The position numbers were made by a program, and so were the translations under genes. A stretch of 64,000 nucleotides of DNA, from NCBI RefSeq assembly GCF_011745625.1, contig NW_027191468.1:310001-374000 (forward strand), given 5' to 3'. Positions 22,036 to 34,095 of the stretch are shown here, piece by piece (the first letter of the stretch is position 1; every line of letters starts with the position of its first letter). The notes beneath the pieces are model-generated. The model did not search any database. It saw nothing but the letters and a program-made list of their open reading frames with translations, and had not been told where the DNA came from. This DNA is from Cladosporium halotolerans (lineage: Eukaryota).

Positions 22036-25000
22036 TCACCTCTTCGCCTTCTTACTCCTCTTCCCAGCACTCCTCTCCGCCTCCTTCTGCGCCTCGGCCA
22101 ACGCCTCGCCCGCCTTCCTCTTCCCCTCCTTCTCTTTCTTCTCACTTCTCACACTGACCGTCTTCCCACCCCCAGCCCCACCCTTCCTCTCCGCCTCGCG
22201 GATCTTCTTCTCCGCCTCCTCCCACGCCGCGTCGCCGTTCGCCATCTCGTAGTTGTCCAGCGGCAGCGCGTCGATCATCGCGCGGGCGCGCGCGCGCTCC
22301 TCGGCGTCGAACTCCGCGCCGCCCGCAGCCAGCTCGTCTTGCAGCTGCTTGCCGATCTGCTCTGGGTCGACGGGGTTGGCCGAGTCGCCTGCGGCGTCCG
22401 GGGCGCTGTCGATGGCGCGCTGCGTGGAAGCCGGCAGCGAAGCCGCGATGTCGGACTCCTGCAGCTGGCGGAAGAGCGAGGAGACCTTGCGCATGATCTT
22501 GACGAACATGGCGAGGAGCTGGGAGGTGCCGAGGCCGAGCTCGGCCTCGACGTCCTCGAGGACCTTGCGCTGCAGGCCGATGGCGCAGAGGAGGGCCTGC
22601 TGGACGCCGGAGAGGTGCAGGCCGTTGGGCCCGCGGATGCGGCCGGCGAAGTACAGCGCGGCGATGGTGGGGAGAAGGTCGAGGATGACGTGGTAGTCGA
22701 GCATGTTGTTTGCGTAGGAGTCGAGGCGCTTGAGGTCGAAGGGGGTGAAGAGGTCGTCGAGGCCGGCTTTGTCGAGGGGCTTGGCCTTCTCGGCTTTGTC
22801 GAGGAGGTCGATGCCGGCGTTGGCGCTCTCGTCGATGGCGAGGGCTTGGACGCTGCCGAAGGAGCGGAACTGGTAGCTGAGGAGGGTGAGGAAGCGCTTG
22901 TGAAAGTCCTTAGCGTAGGCGCCGAGCCAGGCTGGGTCGCTGGAGGCGCTGCTGAGGGTGTGCAGCATGACGGTTGTGTGCTCGCCGGTCAGGTCGTTGG
23001 CGGTTTGGCGGAGGTAGACGGGGACGAAGCCGGAGCGCTTCCAGAACTTGTGCAGGGGCTGGGTGAGGCCGTATGACACTCCGATGTAGTCGAGAGCGGC
23101 GGGCTTGCGCTCAGAGAGGCGAGCGAAGAGTGGCGGCATGGTCTTGATGTCGCGCACCTTGACGTTGTCGGAGAGTAGGGTGTTCTGCTCGAGCTCGGCG
23201 TCTGTCACGCGAACCATCTCTTCGTCCTCGGTCATGGCGGTGTCGTTCTCGGAGAGGTTGATGTGCTTGCCCTCGTAGAACTCGGTCAGGAGCTGCATGG
23301 CACGCGAACCATAGCCCATGTTGCCGTAATCAGGGTTGGTTGCGATGCGAACGACTCTAGCTCCGCTCAATCCGGCGAAGTCGGAATCCTGAAATTGTTG
23401 GCTGACGAGCCAAGGGATGAGATCGCCACCAGCTCGTTGACCTCTCGAAAGGCTGTTCATCACGCTTTCTCTGCTGATCTGACCTTCGAAGGCGATTTGA
23501 AGGACGCAGAGGATCTCAGGCAGACGTCCAGAGTTCTCCTCGATGGGAGGAACCAGTACGAAGAGCTGATGTGCAGGCGCGTCGGACATCAATTGCAGGT
23601 CGTTCGGGGTATTCTTGTAATGCGACGCCACGTAAAGTGCCATCATGTTTTGAAGGAACTTCTCACTGACAGGATGGAATGAGAAGAGGGTGTCTCTGTT
23701 GACCTGAAGAAGCTGGCATTGCGAAGGATGAGGCGTGCCGTGGATGCTAGATGCGCGAGGCAGAGTTGCATCAAGGCACAGCAACTTGTTGAGCCATTTC
23801 TCGACGTGATCGCCTGATGCGTATCTGATTGGCTCGGACAGGGTGATCTCGCGGAGAGACCGTGATGACCGAGCAGCGCCTTCGTTGCCAGTAGACTTCG
23901 AGTCGTTTGAACGGTCTGTCACCTTCTCATCCGGACGTACGTTCGCAGTGCCCCGCGACTGTTCCCTCAGCTGAGAGATCAGCTTCAGCGAGAGTGAGCG
24001 ACCGGTACCTTCATAACCATTGATTGTGGAGGCCATGAATACCAGGTAGGGGCCCATGAGTTTGCGGACCAGAGGGAGAGGGATCGCAGCAGCCTCATCG
24101 ATCACGAGCAGCTCAGCCTGGCCAAGTGTGTACGCATCCTGGGGCTGGATGTACTGGATGGTCTGTCTGTGTTGCCTGTGGACGTTGACTCTGACGATGG
24201 CCTTGTTGAAGTCGGGGTTGGTGGATTGGATGATGGAGTAGTCGACGTGGTCGAGGTAGCCGAGAGCGTCGAAGCCCTTGAAGACGAACTCGAACAGGGT
24301 CTTCAAGTTCTCAGGAGAGGGAGAAGTGATGAAGATGTTGCTGTAACCGTGGGCGACCGCGGACGCGATTGCCACACCAAGAGCTGCAGACTTTCCGCGA
24401 CCTCTGCCTGCAGTGAGAGCCACCGTGCTGGCAAGAGTCTTTTCCGAGATGGCTTCCGCGAAAGTCAAGAGGGCCTTGGCTTGGTCGACAGTCCTCGCGA
24501 GCTGAACCAACGATCCTACGGGTTGTGTGTCTGCCAAGCTCTCTTTGATCGCCTCAAGCTCCCGTGTCGCCGGTGTCTTGCCGTCATCTTCCTCCGTGGG
24601 CTTCTTCTCAACGACATTCTTTCCGCCAGAAATGGGAAGGACGTTCATCTCGTCGTCAATCACCAGGCATGAGTCGCAGCTTCCCAGCGACAGAATAAAA
24701 CGCTCGTTGAAGCGCGCAACAACATCACCGTGGGCCTCCGTCCGGTAACGCGAGTGAATATCCATGGACATGGTGTACAGCTGCTTCAAGCTTGTCATGC
24801 TCTTCATCAAAAGAATGACCAGACCGCCTCCCTCTACCGTTTCCATAGTGCGCGCCAGCAAATTGGGCGTGACAGCCTCGAAGTCCTGCAAGATACACAT
24901 GCCGAAAGTGTTACCAAGAATCTTTTCCGTCTCCTTGTAGTAGACATAGCGAATGTTCTGTGTGCTCACGAAGAGCTCGAAAGGGTCCTCCGTGTCGGCG

Positions 25001-25260
25001 TCTCTGATACCACGCTTCACCTCCTTCTTGATCTTCTTCTCGCGCTTTTTCCTGTGGCTTGTGAATCCGAGCAGTTTGTTCTTGTATGCCCAGAGTACGC
25101 TCTTGTTCAACTTGATGTCCATGTTGAGCAGGATGTGGTACAGGTTGACGATGACATCCTTCTGCCTGTCGCCGACAATGACGAAGAAACTGCGCTTCTT
25201 CTCCTGCATATTGTTGCGGATGAGCGCAGGGATGCGCGCATCAATCGCCTTTTTCACCAT
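22036..25260 (-). CDS. KRE33: RNA cytidine acetyltransferase (Kre33/NAT10)
   Basis: 1074-aa ORF with LQDFEAVTPNLLARTMETVEGGG, TAGRGRGKSAALG, STINGYEGTGRSLSLKL, SHYKNTPNDLQLMSDAPAH and RVVRIATNPDY..MGYGSRA. Confidence 0.97.
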   Translation of the reverse strand: MVKKAIDARIPALIRNNMQEKKRSFFVIVGDRQKDVIVNLYHILLNMDIKLNKSVLWAYKNKLLGFTSHRKKREKKIKKEVKRGIRDADTEDPFELFVSTQNIRYVYYKETEKILGNTFGMCILQDFEAVTPNLLARTMETVEGGGLVILLMKSMTSLKQLYTMSMDIHSRYRTEAHGDVVARFNERFILSLGSCDSCLVIDDEMNVLPISGGKNVVEKKPTEEDDGKTPATRELEAIKESLADTQPVGSLVQLARTVDQAKALLTFAEAISEKTLASTVALTAGRGRGKSAALGVAIASAVAHGYSNIFITSPSPENLKTLFEFVFKGFDALGYLDHVDYSIIQSTNPDFNKAIVRVNVHRQHRQTIQYIQPQDAYTLGQAELLVIDEAAAIPLPLVRKLMGPYLVFMASTINGYEGTGRSLSLKLISQLREQSRGTANVRPDEKVTDRSNDSKSTGNEGAARSSRSLREITLSEPIRYASGDHVEKWLNKLLCLDATLPRASSIHGTPHPSQCQLLQVNRDTLFSFHPVSEKFLQNMMALYVASHYKNTPNDLQLMSDAPAHQLFVLVPPIEENSGRLPEILCVLQIAFEGQISRESVMNSLSRGQRAGGDLIPWLVSQQFQDSDFAGLSGARVVRIATNPDYGNMGYGSRAMQLLTEFYEGKHINLSENDTAMTEDEEMVRVTDAELEQNTLLSDNVKVRDIKTMPPLFARLSERKPAALDYIGVSYGLTQPLHKFWKRSGFVPVYLRQTANDLTGEHTTVMLHTLSSASSDPAWLGAYAKDFHKRFLTLLSYQFRSFGSVQALAIDESANAGIDLLDKAEKAKPLDKAGLDDLFTPFDLKRLDSYANNMLDYHVILDLLPTIAALYFAGRIRGPNGLHLSGVQQALLCAIGLQRKVLEDVEAELGLGTSQLLAMFVKIMRKVSSLFRQLQESDIAASLPASTQRAIDSAPDAAGDSANPVDPEQIGKQLQDELAAGGAEFDAEERARARAMIDALPLDNYEMANGDAAWEEAEKKIREAERKGGAGGGKTVSVRSEKKEKEGKRKAGEALAEAQKEAERSAGKRSKKAKR

Positions 25261-25904
25261 CTTGCCTCACCACCACCTCCGCCGCCGGGCGAAGAGTCTG
25301 AGAAAGTGTTCGCTTTGGACGGGGCTTTCGAATTGGCGATGCGCGATGTGCGATGATAAAGCTGGTACGGTAGCGACTGGAACGGTGGTGGCGTGTATTG
25401 GGTGCCGTGCACGACGACCTCGATTCGACGGTGTGGTATAACAACCAGCTGGGTAGGCCTGTCGCAGCGCTGGCCGGCGTCAAGAAATTATTCTCGAAGC
25501 TCGGGCTTAGGGCCGGCTGGCGGTTGCCGAAATCCGGGGTATCTCAGCGCGCATGGTGTGGGCGTCTGGCTCAAGTTGTGACGATTGCGCCAACCGGCCG
25601 AGGCGGGCGGGCAGCCTGACAGCCTGGCAGCCTGGCACGCCTGGCAGAGAGTGGGCGCGCCCAGTCGCGCTACAGCCACCCGGTTATCACTCGTCCTCGC
25701 GCCAGACTTGGCCTTAATGTCGTTGCCACCCGCCCGCGAAGGATTGCCTGCCAATTTCCCGCTCGGTTCCTGGCCTCGATACCTCTTGCGACCTGCGCGA
25801 CCGTGTTCGCGCCCATCTCACCTCGCCGCTCGCCCTCGGAGTCACACAGCACGACATGATGCAGCTGCCCCAACGGTGAAACTACTGAGGAAGAACGGAC
25901 CAGG

Positions 25905-28900
25905 ATGATCGAAACGCGGTGGCCCGCCTTTGTGTAAGTACCTTTCTTTAGCCCTGCCTGCATGCTTTTAGCCAAGCATCATGCTGTGCGACATGCGCTG
26001 AACCTACGTCTTTTACTATAGCGGCCTCGTTGTCGGCACGGCCTGGCTGACCTCGATCGTCGACACTTCGTTCGCATTCGACAAGCCCACCTATGCTGCC
26101 ATCGTCTGCCTGACAACGCTCGCGGTCATCCTTCTGGCGCTAGGACGATTTTTACCGAAAGGCGACACACCAACTCACAAAGGGCACTATCTTGCGGTTC
26201 CTCTCCAAGAGACGCACGCAAATGGCGCACCTCGCGACCATTCCCCGCATCCTCACCACTTACCAGACGACCTAGCTCACCAGCCAAGTTTGCGCAAGCT
26301 GCGCATCCTTTTTGTCGTGCTCGTTCTCGTCATCTGCGCAAGGGCAGAATTGCTCCGAGAGATCGTCGCAAATGTGCAGTGCTCGCGTGGCACATGGGAG
26401 CCCGTCGTCCCGCTGACGGTGGCTATCTGGGACTGGATCTCCATACGCCGACGCAGAAGACACCAGACGGAACTTGATGACCAGACGGCAACGATCTACG
26501 ATGTATGGGAGTCCAGGATCATGAATTCTTCCTACCGCTACCTGGTCGTCGTAGCTCTTGTCTGCTTTGGAAGCTTGGGCGCAATCCGAGCGATCGGCAG
26601 TCCCCCATCAACGCACATTTGCACTTCGTCTCTGCCTTACTCGTGGTATGTCCCATTGGCGCAATATTTCGGCACGGCCCTGGACTGCATCATCGTGTTC
26701 TGCATTCATGGCTTGCTGTACACCGATGAGAAGGGCGGTACTAGAGGTCCTTCAACGCGCTTTTCGGCTGTCGGATGGGCCTTTCTGGTGAGTGAGAAAT
26801 AATCAGGCATCCCGACATCCAAGTTCTAACATCGATCGTTCGAAGTTCGCGGCAGCAACACTGTCCACCATCGCTTGTATATATTATTATGCCTCCGACC
26901 CCGACGACCGACGCAAAATTCTTTCAATACCGGACGTTCTATTCTGGGGTACTACGCGCCTAGATATTGTGGTTTGCCTGACTGTTATCTCTGCACTATT
27001 TTGTGTGAGTGACGAGCAAATCCAGCTTCGCGAGCTTCAACTGACAACGTTTAGACATATTTTATTGGAGCAATGAGCACGAGCATGGTTGTAATGTTTG
27101 TATCTGTTTCGGTCCGGACAACATCGTTTGCCTGGAACCACACACACCCATTTCCGGTCGGCCACGTTGGACTTGGGTTCCTTGCAATGTGTTTGACCAT
27201 ACTCGGCTTCGCATTCTATTTCCACATGGGAGTTACTTCCGAGACCGAGGAGGCAAATGCACGACACTTGACCTTCAGAAAGGCACCAGTCTGGCTCTAC
27301 CTCGCCATGCTGTGTCTTCTAGCTGTACAACTATGCTTATGGGCCGTCCACAAGTCAAGCGTCGGACATCACCCCATAGACCTACTCATGTGGGAAGCCA
27401 ATACGCGTCATGAGGCCTATGTCAAGCAAGCTTCCGCCAGTACGACACTGGAAGAAGCTGTTCGGAACTATCGGCAACGATACGGAAGGCACCCGCCTCC
27501 TGGATTCGACCATTGGTACAAATACGCTACAGACCGGGGATCGATTATCATCGACGACTATGACAGTATCCACAGAGACCTACTGCCGTTCTACGCGCTC
27601 AGCCCTGAAGAAATTAGAGACCGGACTTGGCGTATGATCGCGAACCCGTTCAACGACGCGTCTGGCATCAGCATCCGAAACGGCAAGGCAGAGATTAGTC
27701 CGAACGTGATGCCGACTCATCGGTGGATGCTTGACGGAATCATCGAGATGATTGGGCATTTCGCCGAATGGCTGCCTGATATGGATCTTGCGTTCAACAT
27801 GAACGACGAGTGCAGGGTGGCTGTACCATACGAGCAGATCGAATCGATGAGAGAAGCTGGCCGACAATTCGGCGAACTCAACAGTCCGGTGGAAAACACG
27901 TTCACTCCCCAACGCGGCCACGAGTGGAAGCCTTTCACCGAGGAACCCCTCAACGAGACACCGCTCATACACAGAAGCTTCCAACGCACCTTCCTCGAAT
28001 TCGGCTCAGTCGGCTGCCCGCCAAATTCGCCAGCTCGCACCAAGCGACACTGGGACACCAGCAAGATCTGCACATCCTGCACAGCTCCCCACAGCCTCGG
28101 CGCGTTTCTCTCCAACTGGACCAAAGCAGCAGACGTCTGCCATCAGCCGGACCTCGCAGACTCGCACGGCTTCTACCTCTCGCCCGCCGCCTTCAAAGGC
28201 GCCCACGAGCTCTTCCCCATCTTCTCCCAAAGCAAAGCCCACGGCTTCAACGACATCCTCTACCCCTCCGCCTGGAACTACATGGACAAAGCCGTCTACA
28301 GCCCCAACGACGAATTCCCCGACCCCCCCTTCGCGCACAAAAACACCACCCTCTTCTGGCGCGGCGCCACCAGCGAAGGCGTCTCCCCGGGCCACGGCCA
28401 ATGGCGCGGCATGACCCGCCAGCGCATGGTGGCCCTGACCTCCCCAGAATCCGCCGCCAACACACCCCCTCAACCCCTCCTCCTCCCCTCCGGCAAAAAG
28501 CAATCCTACGCCGCCCTCCCCGCCCCGCTCCTCGCCCGCCTCCTCCCGGCCTCCGTCCGCATCGTCTCCACAATCCACCGCTGCGGCGGCCGCGACTGCC
28601 CGGACCAAGCCGCCGCTTTCGCCCCGCTCGCGGACCCCACGGACTTCCAATCCCACTGGTCCTACGCGCACCTCCTCGACCTCGACGGCGCCGGCTTCTC
28701 CGGCCGCTTCCTGCCCTTCCTCGCCTCGCGCTCTCTCCCGCTCAAAGCGGCTCTCTTCCGCGAGTGGTGGGACGACCGCCTGACGGCCTGGCTGCACTTC
28801 GCGCCGCTCGACCTGAGGGGCCAGGGGCTCTGGGCTACGCTGGCATATTTCGCGGGCGTGGAGGGCAGGGTGCGGGGGAGGCGGGAGGAGGGCGAGAGGA

Positions 28901-29040
28901 TTGCGGGCGCCGGCAGGGAGTGGGCGGGCCAGGTGCTGAGGAAGGAGGACATGGAGGTTTATTTTTTTAGGCTGTTGCTTGAGTGGGGGCGGTTGACGGA
29001 TGGGAGGAGGGGGGAGGTGGGGTTTGGGTGGGGGGTTTGA
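25905..29040 (+). CDS. Glycosyltransferase family 90 (CAP10/Cxt1-like) with N-terminal multi-TM region; ~4 exons
   Basis: HPIDLLM, YRQRYGRHPPPGFDHWY, LPDMDLAFNMNDECRV, IFSQSK..GFNDILYPS, LFWRGATS, DLDGAGFSGRF and LRKEDMEVYFFRLLLEWGR. Upstream exons are joined through introns near 25934-26021, 26788-26845 and 27005-27054. Confidence 0.9.
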
Positions 29041-29695
29041 GTGAGTTGAGGAATAGGGGAGGGAAGAGGAGGATTGTGGGGTGGTTTGCTTTTGATACCC
29101 GGGTGTTGCTTTGGTGGGATTGTCTGATGAGATAGGAGGCGGGTGGCGTTTGGGGTTATTCTTGTTTTTATGATTTGAAGAGGAAGATGGGATGCACATG
29201 TGCTATGACTTTCGGGACGGGAACGACGATGTCGATAGGTAGATTTTCCGTACATAACACGAAACGCACACGATTTTCAAATCATTTGATAATAATAACA
29301 TTACAGCTCATCATTCTGGCCGCTATCGTATTTCTCAAGCAGAAGCAGAAATTAGACCTAACGATCAGGCATGAAGGAAGACAAACAATAAGAGTAGAGG
29401 GTATTTGATCTTCCAAACCAAGCAGAAACCGGACCGTCGTTTCCAAAAAAACAGAAATGCCGCTTTTCGCTTTTGATCGCTTTCCCAAAATGCCCATGTG
29501 TGCTCTTCGTTCGTCCGTCCGATTGTCGTCCAGAAAAAAGATGATTCCAGCGCAGAAAGCCCCAAGAAAAACGCCGCGCTTTGCTTTCGTTTCGTCCAAA
29601 CCGTCAGAGGAACTCCTCGCTCGCTTTCGTGATGGAAAGAAACAGCCGCCGAAAATAAATAAACTCGCAGGGCGTGTTCGTCTTTCCCAAGTCGC

Positions 29696-29763
29696 ACAAA
29701 AAAAAAATGCATCCAGACACCGCGACTCAAAAAAAAAAAGAAAAAAACAAAAAACAAAAAAAC
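29696..29763. repeat. Interrupted poly(A) tract (U-rich 3' region of the minus-strand gene)
   Basis: AAAAAAAAAA...AAAAAAAAAAAGAAAAAAACAAAAAACAAAAAAA next to the stop at 29766. Confidence 0.8.
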
Positions 29764-29765
29764 CC

Positions 29766-31244
29766 TCACATAGCAACCCACCCCCTCCCCGCAGCCCGCA
29801 AAAACTCCTCCTCCCCGACCGCAACCCACCCCTCCTCCTCCTTCCCATAATACCCGCTGCTCCCGTACGGGCCCTTCGAGCTCGGCTCGTGCGCTCTCCC
29901 GGGCCAGACGCCCGCGCTCGCGAGCCTCGCGAGGCTGAAATCGCCGTGCACCAGCCCTTTCTCGGGCTCGAAGATGCAGCCCGCGAAGAACAGCTCGATG
30001 CGCAGCTGGGCGCGGACGCGGGCGCGCGAGGCGATCAGCGCGCGCGCGGCGTCGAGGAGGATGGCGAGGTGGGCGGCGCGCTCCGTGGGCGGCGTGCTGG
30101 GGTTCAGCGTGCAGATGTCTGTGAAGCGGAATTGCGCGTCGCCGGTCCAGGGGACGGAGGGCGAGGCGAAGATGGCCGGGCACATGGTGGGGATGCTGAC
30201 GGAGAGGTCGCGCATGCGCGGGAGGGCGGTCGCGAGGAGCGTGCAGATGTGCTCGTCGGAGTCGAGGGAGCCTGGGTACGGGTGGTAGAAGCCGTCGGAG
30301 GAGCGGGGGGAGTGCTCGAGGACTTGGAGGGTGGGGGCGGAGGCTTTGACGAGGGCGAGGAGGCCGGCGACGGAGACGGTGCTGATGTTTGTTAGGTCGA
30401 GGTGGGCGAGGGAGGTGGCGGTGCGGGCGATGAGGTGCAGGTCGGAGTCGGAGATGGGCTTGTGCAGGGTGTTGCCGAAGATTTTGAGGCGGCGGAGGGA
30501 GGAGAAGGAGACGCGGGGGTCGAGGAGGGGGTTGGGCGTGGCGTCTTCTTCGAGGGCTTTGGCTTGCTCGGAGGGCAGGCAGATGCCTTGGATTTCGAGC
30601 GAGTAGAGGGGCTTGCCGACGCCGGTGTTGACGTTGAGCAGGTCGATCCAGTCATCGGCGGTGCCGCGGCGGAGGACGGTCCAGGGGACGCTGAGGAGCT
30701 CCAGGTTGGGGCAGTTGGAGATGATGGAGAGGATGTAGCGGTCGGTCTCGGCGGCGTAGAACCCGTTGAACCACAGGCGGCGGACGTGCTGAGAAATTTC
30801 CGGGAGGAAGCTGAAGAGCGAGTCGGTCTGCTTCAGGTTGAGGTACGGGTCGCGGTAGACGGCGATTCCTCGAGGGCGATCGATGAGTTCGTAGAGGCGG
30901 TAGCTGGGTCGTCGCAGGGTCAGGTCTGCCCATCGCTCGGCGCCTCGCCACCGTCGCTCAAACACATGCTCGATGTTGTAGGCGATGGCCCAGTCGTGCC
31001 AGCGCGAGCACACCTGGCGGATGGATCGGGTGGCGTCCCACCGCAGGGATTCGGCGCTCAGAGGACCGCGGACATATTTGGTGAGTTTGGTGGTTTTCTC
31101 GAGCGGCAGCGGCGCCTGACTCAGGCCGTAGGTGTACGTCTCGCCCTCGGCCTCGTTGATGCGGGCGGCCTGGAGGAGGATGTTGCTGAGGATTTCCTGG
31201 GGCAGCTCGTTGATTCTCATTCCGACGTCGCGGGAGGATGTCAA
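29766..31244 (-). CDS. F-box-like / RNI-type leucine-rich repeat protein (start 31244 or 31220)
   Basis: MRINELPQEILSNILL...IRQVCSRWHDWA is an F-box-like motif. LRR-like strands VRRLWF, CPNLELLSVP, LRRLKIFG, LAHLDL and MRDLSVSIP. Confidence 0.75.
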   Translation of the reverse strand: MTSSRDVGMRINELPQEILSNILLQAARINEAEGETYTYGLSQAPLPLEKTTKLTKYVRGPLSAESLRWDATRSIRQVCSRWHDWAIAYNIEHVFERRWRGAERWADLTLRRPSYRLYELIDRPRGIAVYRDPYLNLKQTDSLFSFLPEISQHVRRLWFNGFYAAETDRYILSIISNCPNLELLSVPWTVLRRGTADDWIDLLNVNTGVGKPLYSLEIQGICLPSEQAKALEEDATPNPLLDPRVSFSSLRRLKIFGNTLHKPISDSDLHLIARTATSLAHLDLTNISTVSVAGLLALVKASAPTLQVLEHSPRSSDGFYHPYPGSLDSDEHICTLLATALPRMRDLSVSIPTMCPAIFASPSVPWTGDAQFRFTDICTLNPSTPPTERAAHLAILLDAARALIASRARVRAQLRIELFFAGCIFEPEKGLVHGDFSLARLASAGVWPGRAHEPSSKGPYGSSGYYGKEEEGWVAVGEEEFLRAAGRGWVAM

Positions 31245-33198
31245 TCAAGCTGGGGGACGTATCTCAGGTGGTTGCACGGTGTGGAGAGTGAAAGAGAATT
31301 GTAAGGATAATAATGGTGAGGGTGGTGAGGCAAACGAGGCAGGGCAGTCGCAAAGCGAGGCAGCGGGGCTTTTTATTGGACAGGCACGGGGCGGGTGAGT
31401 GAAGTCTTTGAAAGAGGCTTTGTCCTACGAAAGCCGCATTAACGCCGGGGCGAAGAGAACGAGAGTGGGCGCGCGGATGATTCATATAACCCGCGGGCAG
31501 GCCGTTGGCAGACGAGGCGAGGGTGTTCCTGCTGACCAGGCGGGCGGCCGCTTGGGCCACGGGCACGGCGTTCGCGGTGGCAGCGCTGGCAAGGTTTTGC
31601 GTGGCCGTCAGAGCCGCCACCGCTGGTCGACGCGCGAGGCGACGCAGGCAGCCCAGCGGGGCGCGAGGCGCGAGGCGCGAGGGCGTGCAGAGAGAGACAG
31701 ACAGAGACGTCAGAATCCGGGGAGCCGAGCGGCAGACGTGGGCAGGGTCGCGCCAGATCGCATTGGCCCGCCGGGCTCCACGTGCCGGATGGGTGAGTAG
31801 ATGAGTATTCTGGGGGTCATACTTTGCTCTGCGTTAGTCACGCGAAACACCACCGCCGCCTCCGCCCTGCGCCGCTCCGCGCGAGCCGAGGGATGCGCCT
31901 GGGTGCAGCTGGATACACCTTCTCAAGGCAGCAGGAGATGGCCGCCAGCAGCGCGCTACGGACTACGGACACGCTCTACATGCAGCCCCGTTGCGGGAGT
32001 CTAAAGCCTTAATTCTCTGCTAGCAGTGTAGCACCCCGGATTCTGAGCCGAGGGCAGCCGCCGAGTGGTCGTTTCGTGTCGTGTCTTGTGCCGAGTCGTT
32101 GGCTGCGACTGTTCGCAGCGTCAAGACGACCGCTCAGCAGCACTCGCTGCACCGTCATGTGACTATATTGTGTTGGCAACAAGATTTTCCGCATCGTCTA
32201 GCAGCACGTTAGTCCAGCCCAAGAGAGGCCACATCCCCCAGAAACCGGCTGTCCTGTCCCTCCGCTCCAGCCCAGCCTCTCGTCGATGTGTCAAAGGTAG
32301 CTCGGGCCAAGCTTTCCACCCACCACATGACCTCCACCGCAGCCGCGACCCTCTCCCGTCTCCTCACCTATTCGAAAACTATGGGGTAATCTGAGGGTAA
32401 TGGTAATACAAGCCCACCGCCAACTGCCAAACGCGCAAATTGCGTTACGACGAGGAACGTCTTGCGTTACACTCTCTTGCATGTCCGCCTCGCTTCTCCG
32501 CGGCCTCGACTTGCGATCAACGTTTGGTGCAGCGTGGTATCGATGAAGATCTCGCTTGTGCTGCTGCGAGTGTCTGTCGTGCTGCTTGCCTGGCCCATCA
32601 CTACCAGTCGTATAGGGACGTGCCGGGCCCGTGGTAGCTCTGAGTCCCTCGTCCAATGCCTCCTTGGCAGCTATGCTTGGACTGTGGCCAGCCTACATGC
32701 CAAGTCGGCACCCGTAAGATAGTAGGCACAGCTCTGAGACATCAGCTGGGCAGTCGACACCGCAATTCTAAAGTTGTGTTGCTTGGTTGCGAAAGTCCTT
32801 TTCTAGATGGACACCGTCGCTCTCAGCCACTTGTGCCCTCCGCACGACGTTGTGATGATCGCGTGATCTTGCGCGATGCGAGCCGGGTCCCGCCAACCAT
32901 CACACCCGGAGTGAAGGGAAACGGGCACACGTCTTTGTCAGCCGACTGTTCAACGTCACGGCTTGTTATGGATCTGTCTCCTTCATATCGAAATGCAACA
33001 CATTTTGCCCGTCTGACATGGCAGGCCAATCCTCTGCCTCAGAATTCCACGCGTCCGTGATCCAACGTTTCAGGGGTCGGCGACCTGCGACGTCGACATG
33101 TAGCCGTCCGTAGCAGCAGCACCCAGTTCTCACTTGCAAACCACAAATCAACAATCTAGAAAAAAAGAAAAATAACCTCAGAAACCAAGTATTCCACC

Positions 33199-33878
33199 AT
33201 GGACAAACTGAAAGCCCTCTTCAGCAAAAGCGACAAACCTGCCGCCCCAGCACCGCTGCCAGACCGCACCCCCAACGTCACCGACGAGCAACGCCAGGTC
33301 CCCGCCAACCCCAGCGACATCCCGGAGCGCGTGCTCATCCACACCACCCTAGGCGACATCACCGTCGGTCTGTTCCGCGAGCAGACCCCACGGGTAAGTA
33401 GTCCCAACCGCACCCCGTTCCGACTCCTCCACCAGACTAATCCCCTCCCCCTTTCCCCCACAAACAGACCTGCCACAACTTCGCCACCCTCGCCGCAACA
33501 GGCTACTACACCTCCGTGCCCGTCCACCGCGTCATCCGCAACTTCATGCTGCAGACCGGCGACCCGACCGGCACCGGCCGCGGCGGCTCCAGCATCTACG
33601 CCGGCGGCCGCTTCGCCGACGAAATCGTGCCCCGCCTCACGCACAGCGCGCCGGGTATCCTGAGCATGGCCAACGCGGGGCCTGATACCAATGGCAGCCA
33701 GTTTTTCATCACCCTCGCCCCGACGAGGCATCTGGACGGCGCGCATACGGTTTTTGGACATGTTGTCAATGGCATGGAGGTTGTGGAGAGGATTGGGGGA
33801 GTGAAGACGGGGAAGGCGGATAGGCCTGTTGAGGAGGTGGGGATTTTGGGGTGTGAGGTTCTTTCTTCGAGGGGTTGA
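33199..33878 (+). CDS. Cyclophilin-type peptidyl-prolyl isomerase (PPIL1-like); 2 exons
   Basis: IHTTLGDITVGLF..QTPR|TCHNFATLA..GYY...HRVIRNFMLQTGDPTGTGRGGSSIY, LSMANAGPDTNGSQFFITL and HLDGAHTVFG. Intron at ~33394-33467. Confidence 0.93.
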
Positions 33879-34095
33879 AGTCGTTTGGAGGTTAGGGGTG
33901 AGGAGGTGGGAGGTGTTTTTGTTTGGTGGGAGGGTTCTCTGAGCGTGTTATTAATTGCTGTCGTCGCCGATCCGATTCCTCGCATATCACATACACACAT
34001 ACATACACACACACCCACCCACCCATCCAACGCCAAAAGCGTACCTACTCCCAACCTTCCAATCCCCCCCAACCCCCAATCTCCGCAGCCCTCAC

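Noticed and set aside
20895..23076. Long antisense ORFs (338 and 372 aa), and similar Pro/Arg-rich alternative-frame ORFs at 27810-29199, 29365-30395 and 34289-35557
   Set aside because: Explained by local high GC and skew depleting stop codons inside real genes.
31245..33198. ~2-kb GC-rich intergenic region with overlapping short ORFs
   Set aside because: No coding motifs and no tRNA or other RNA structure recognised; treated as promoter/UTR DNA.
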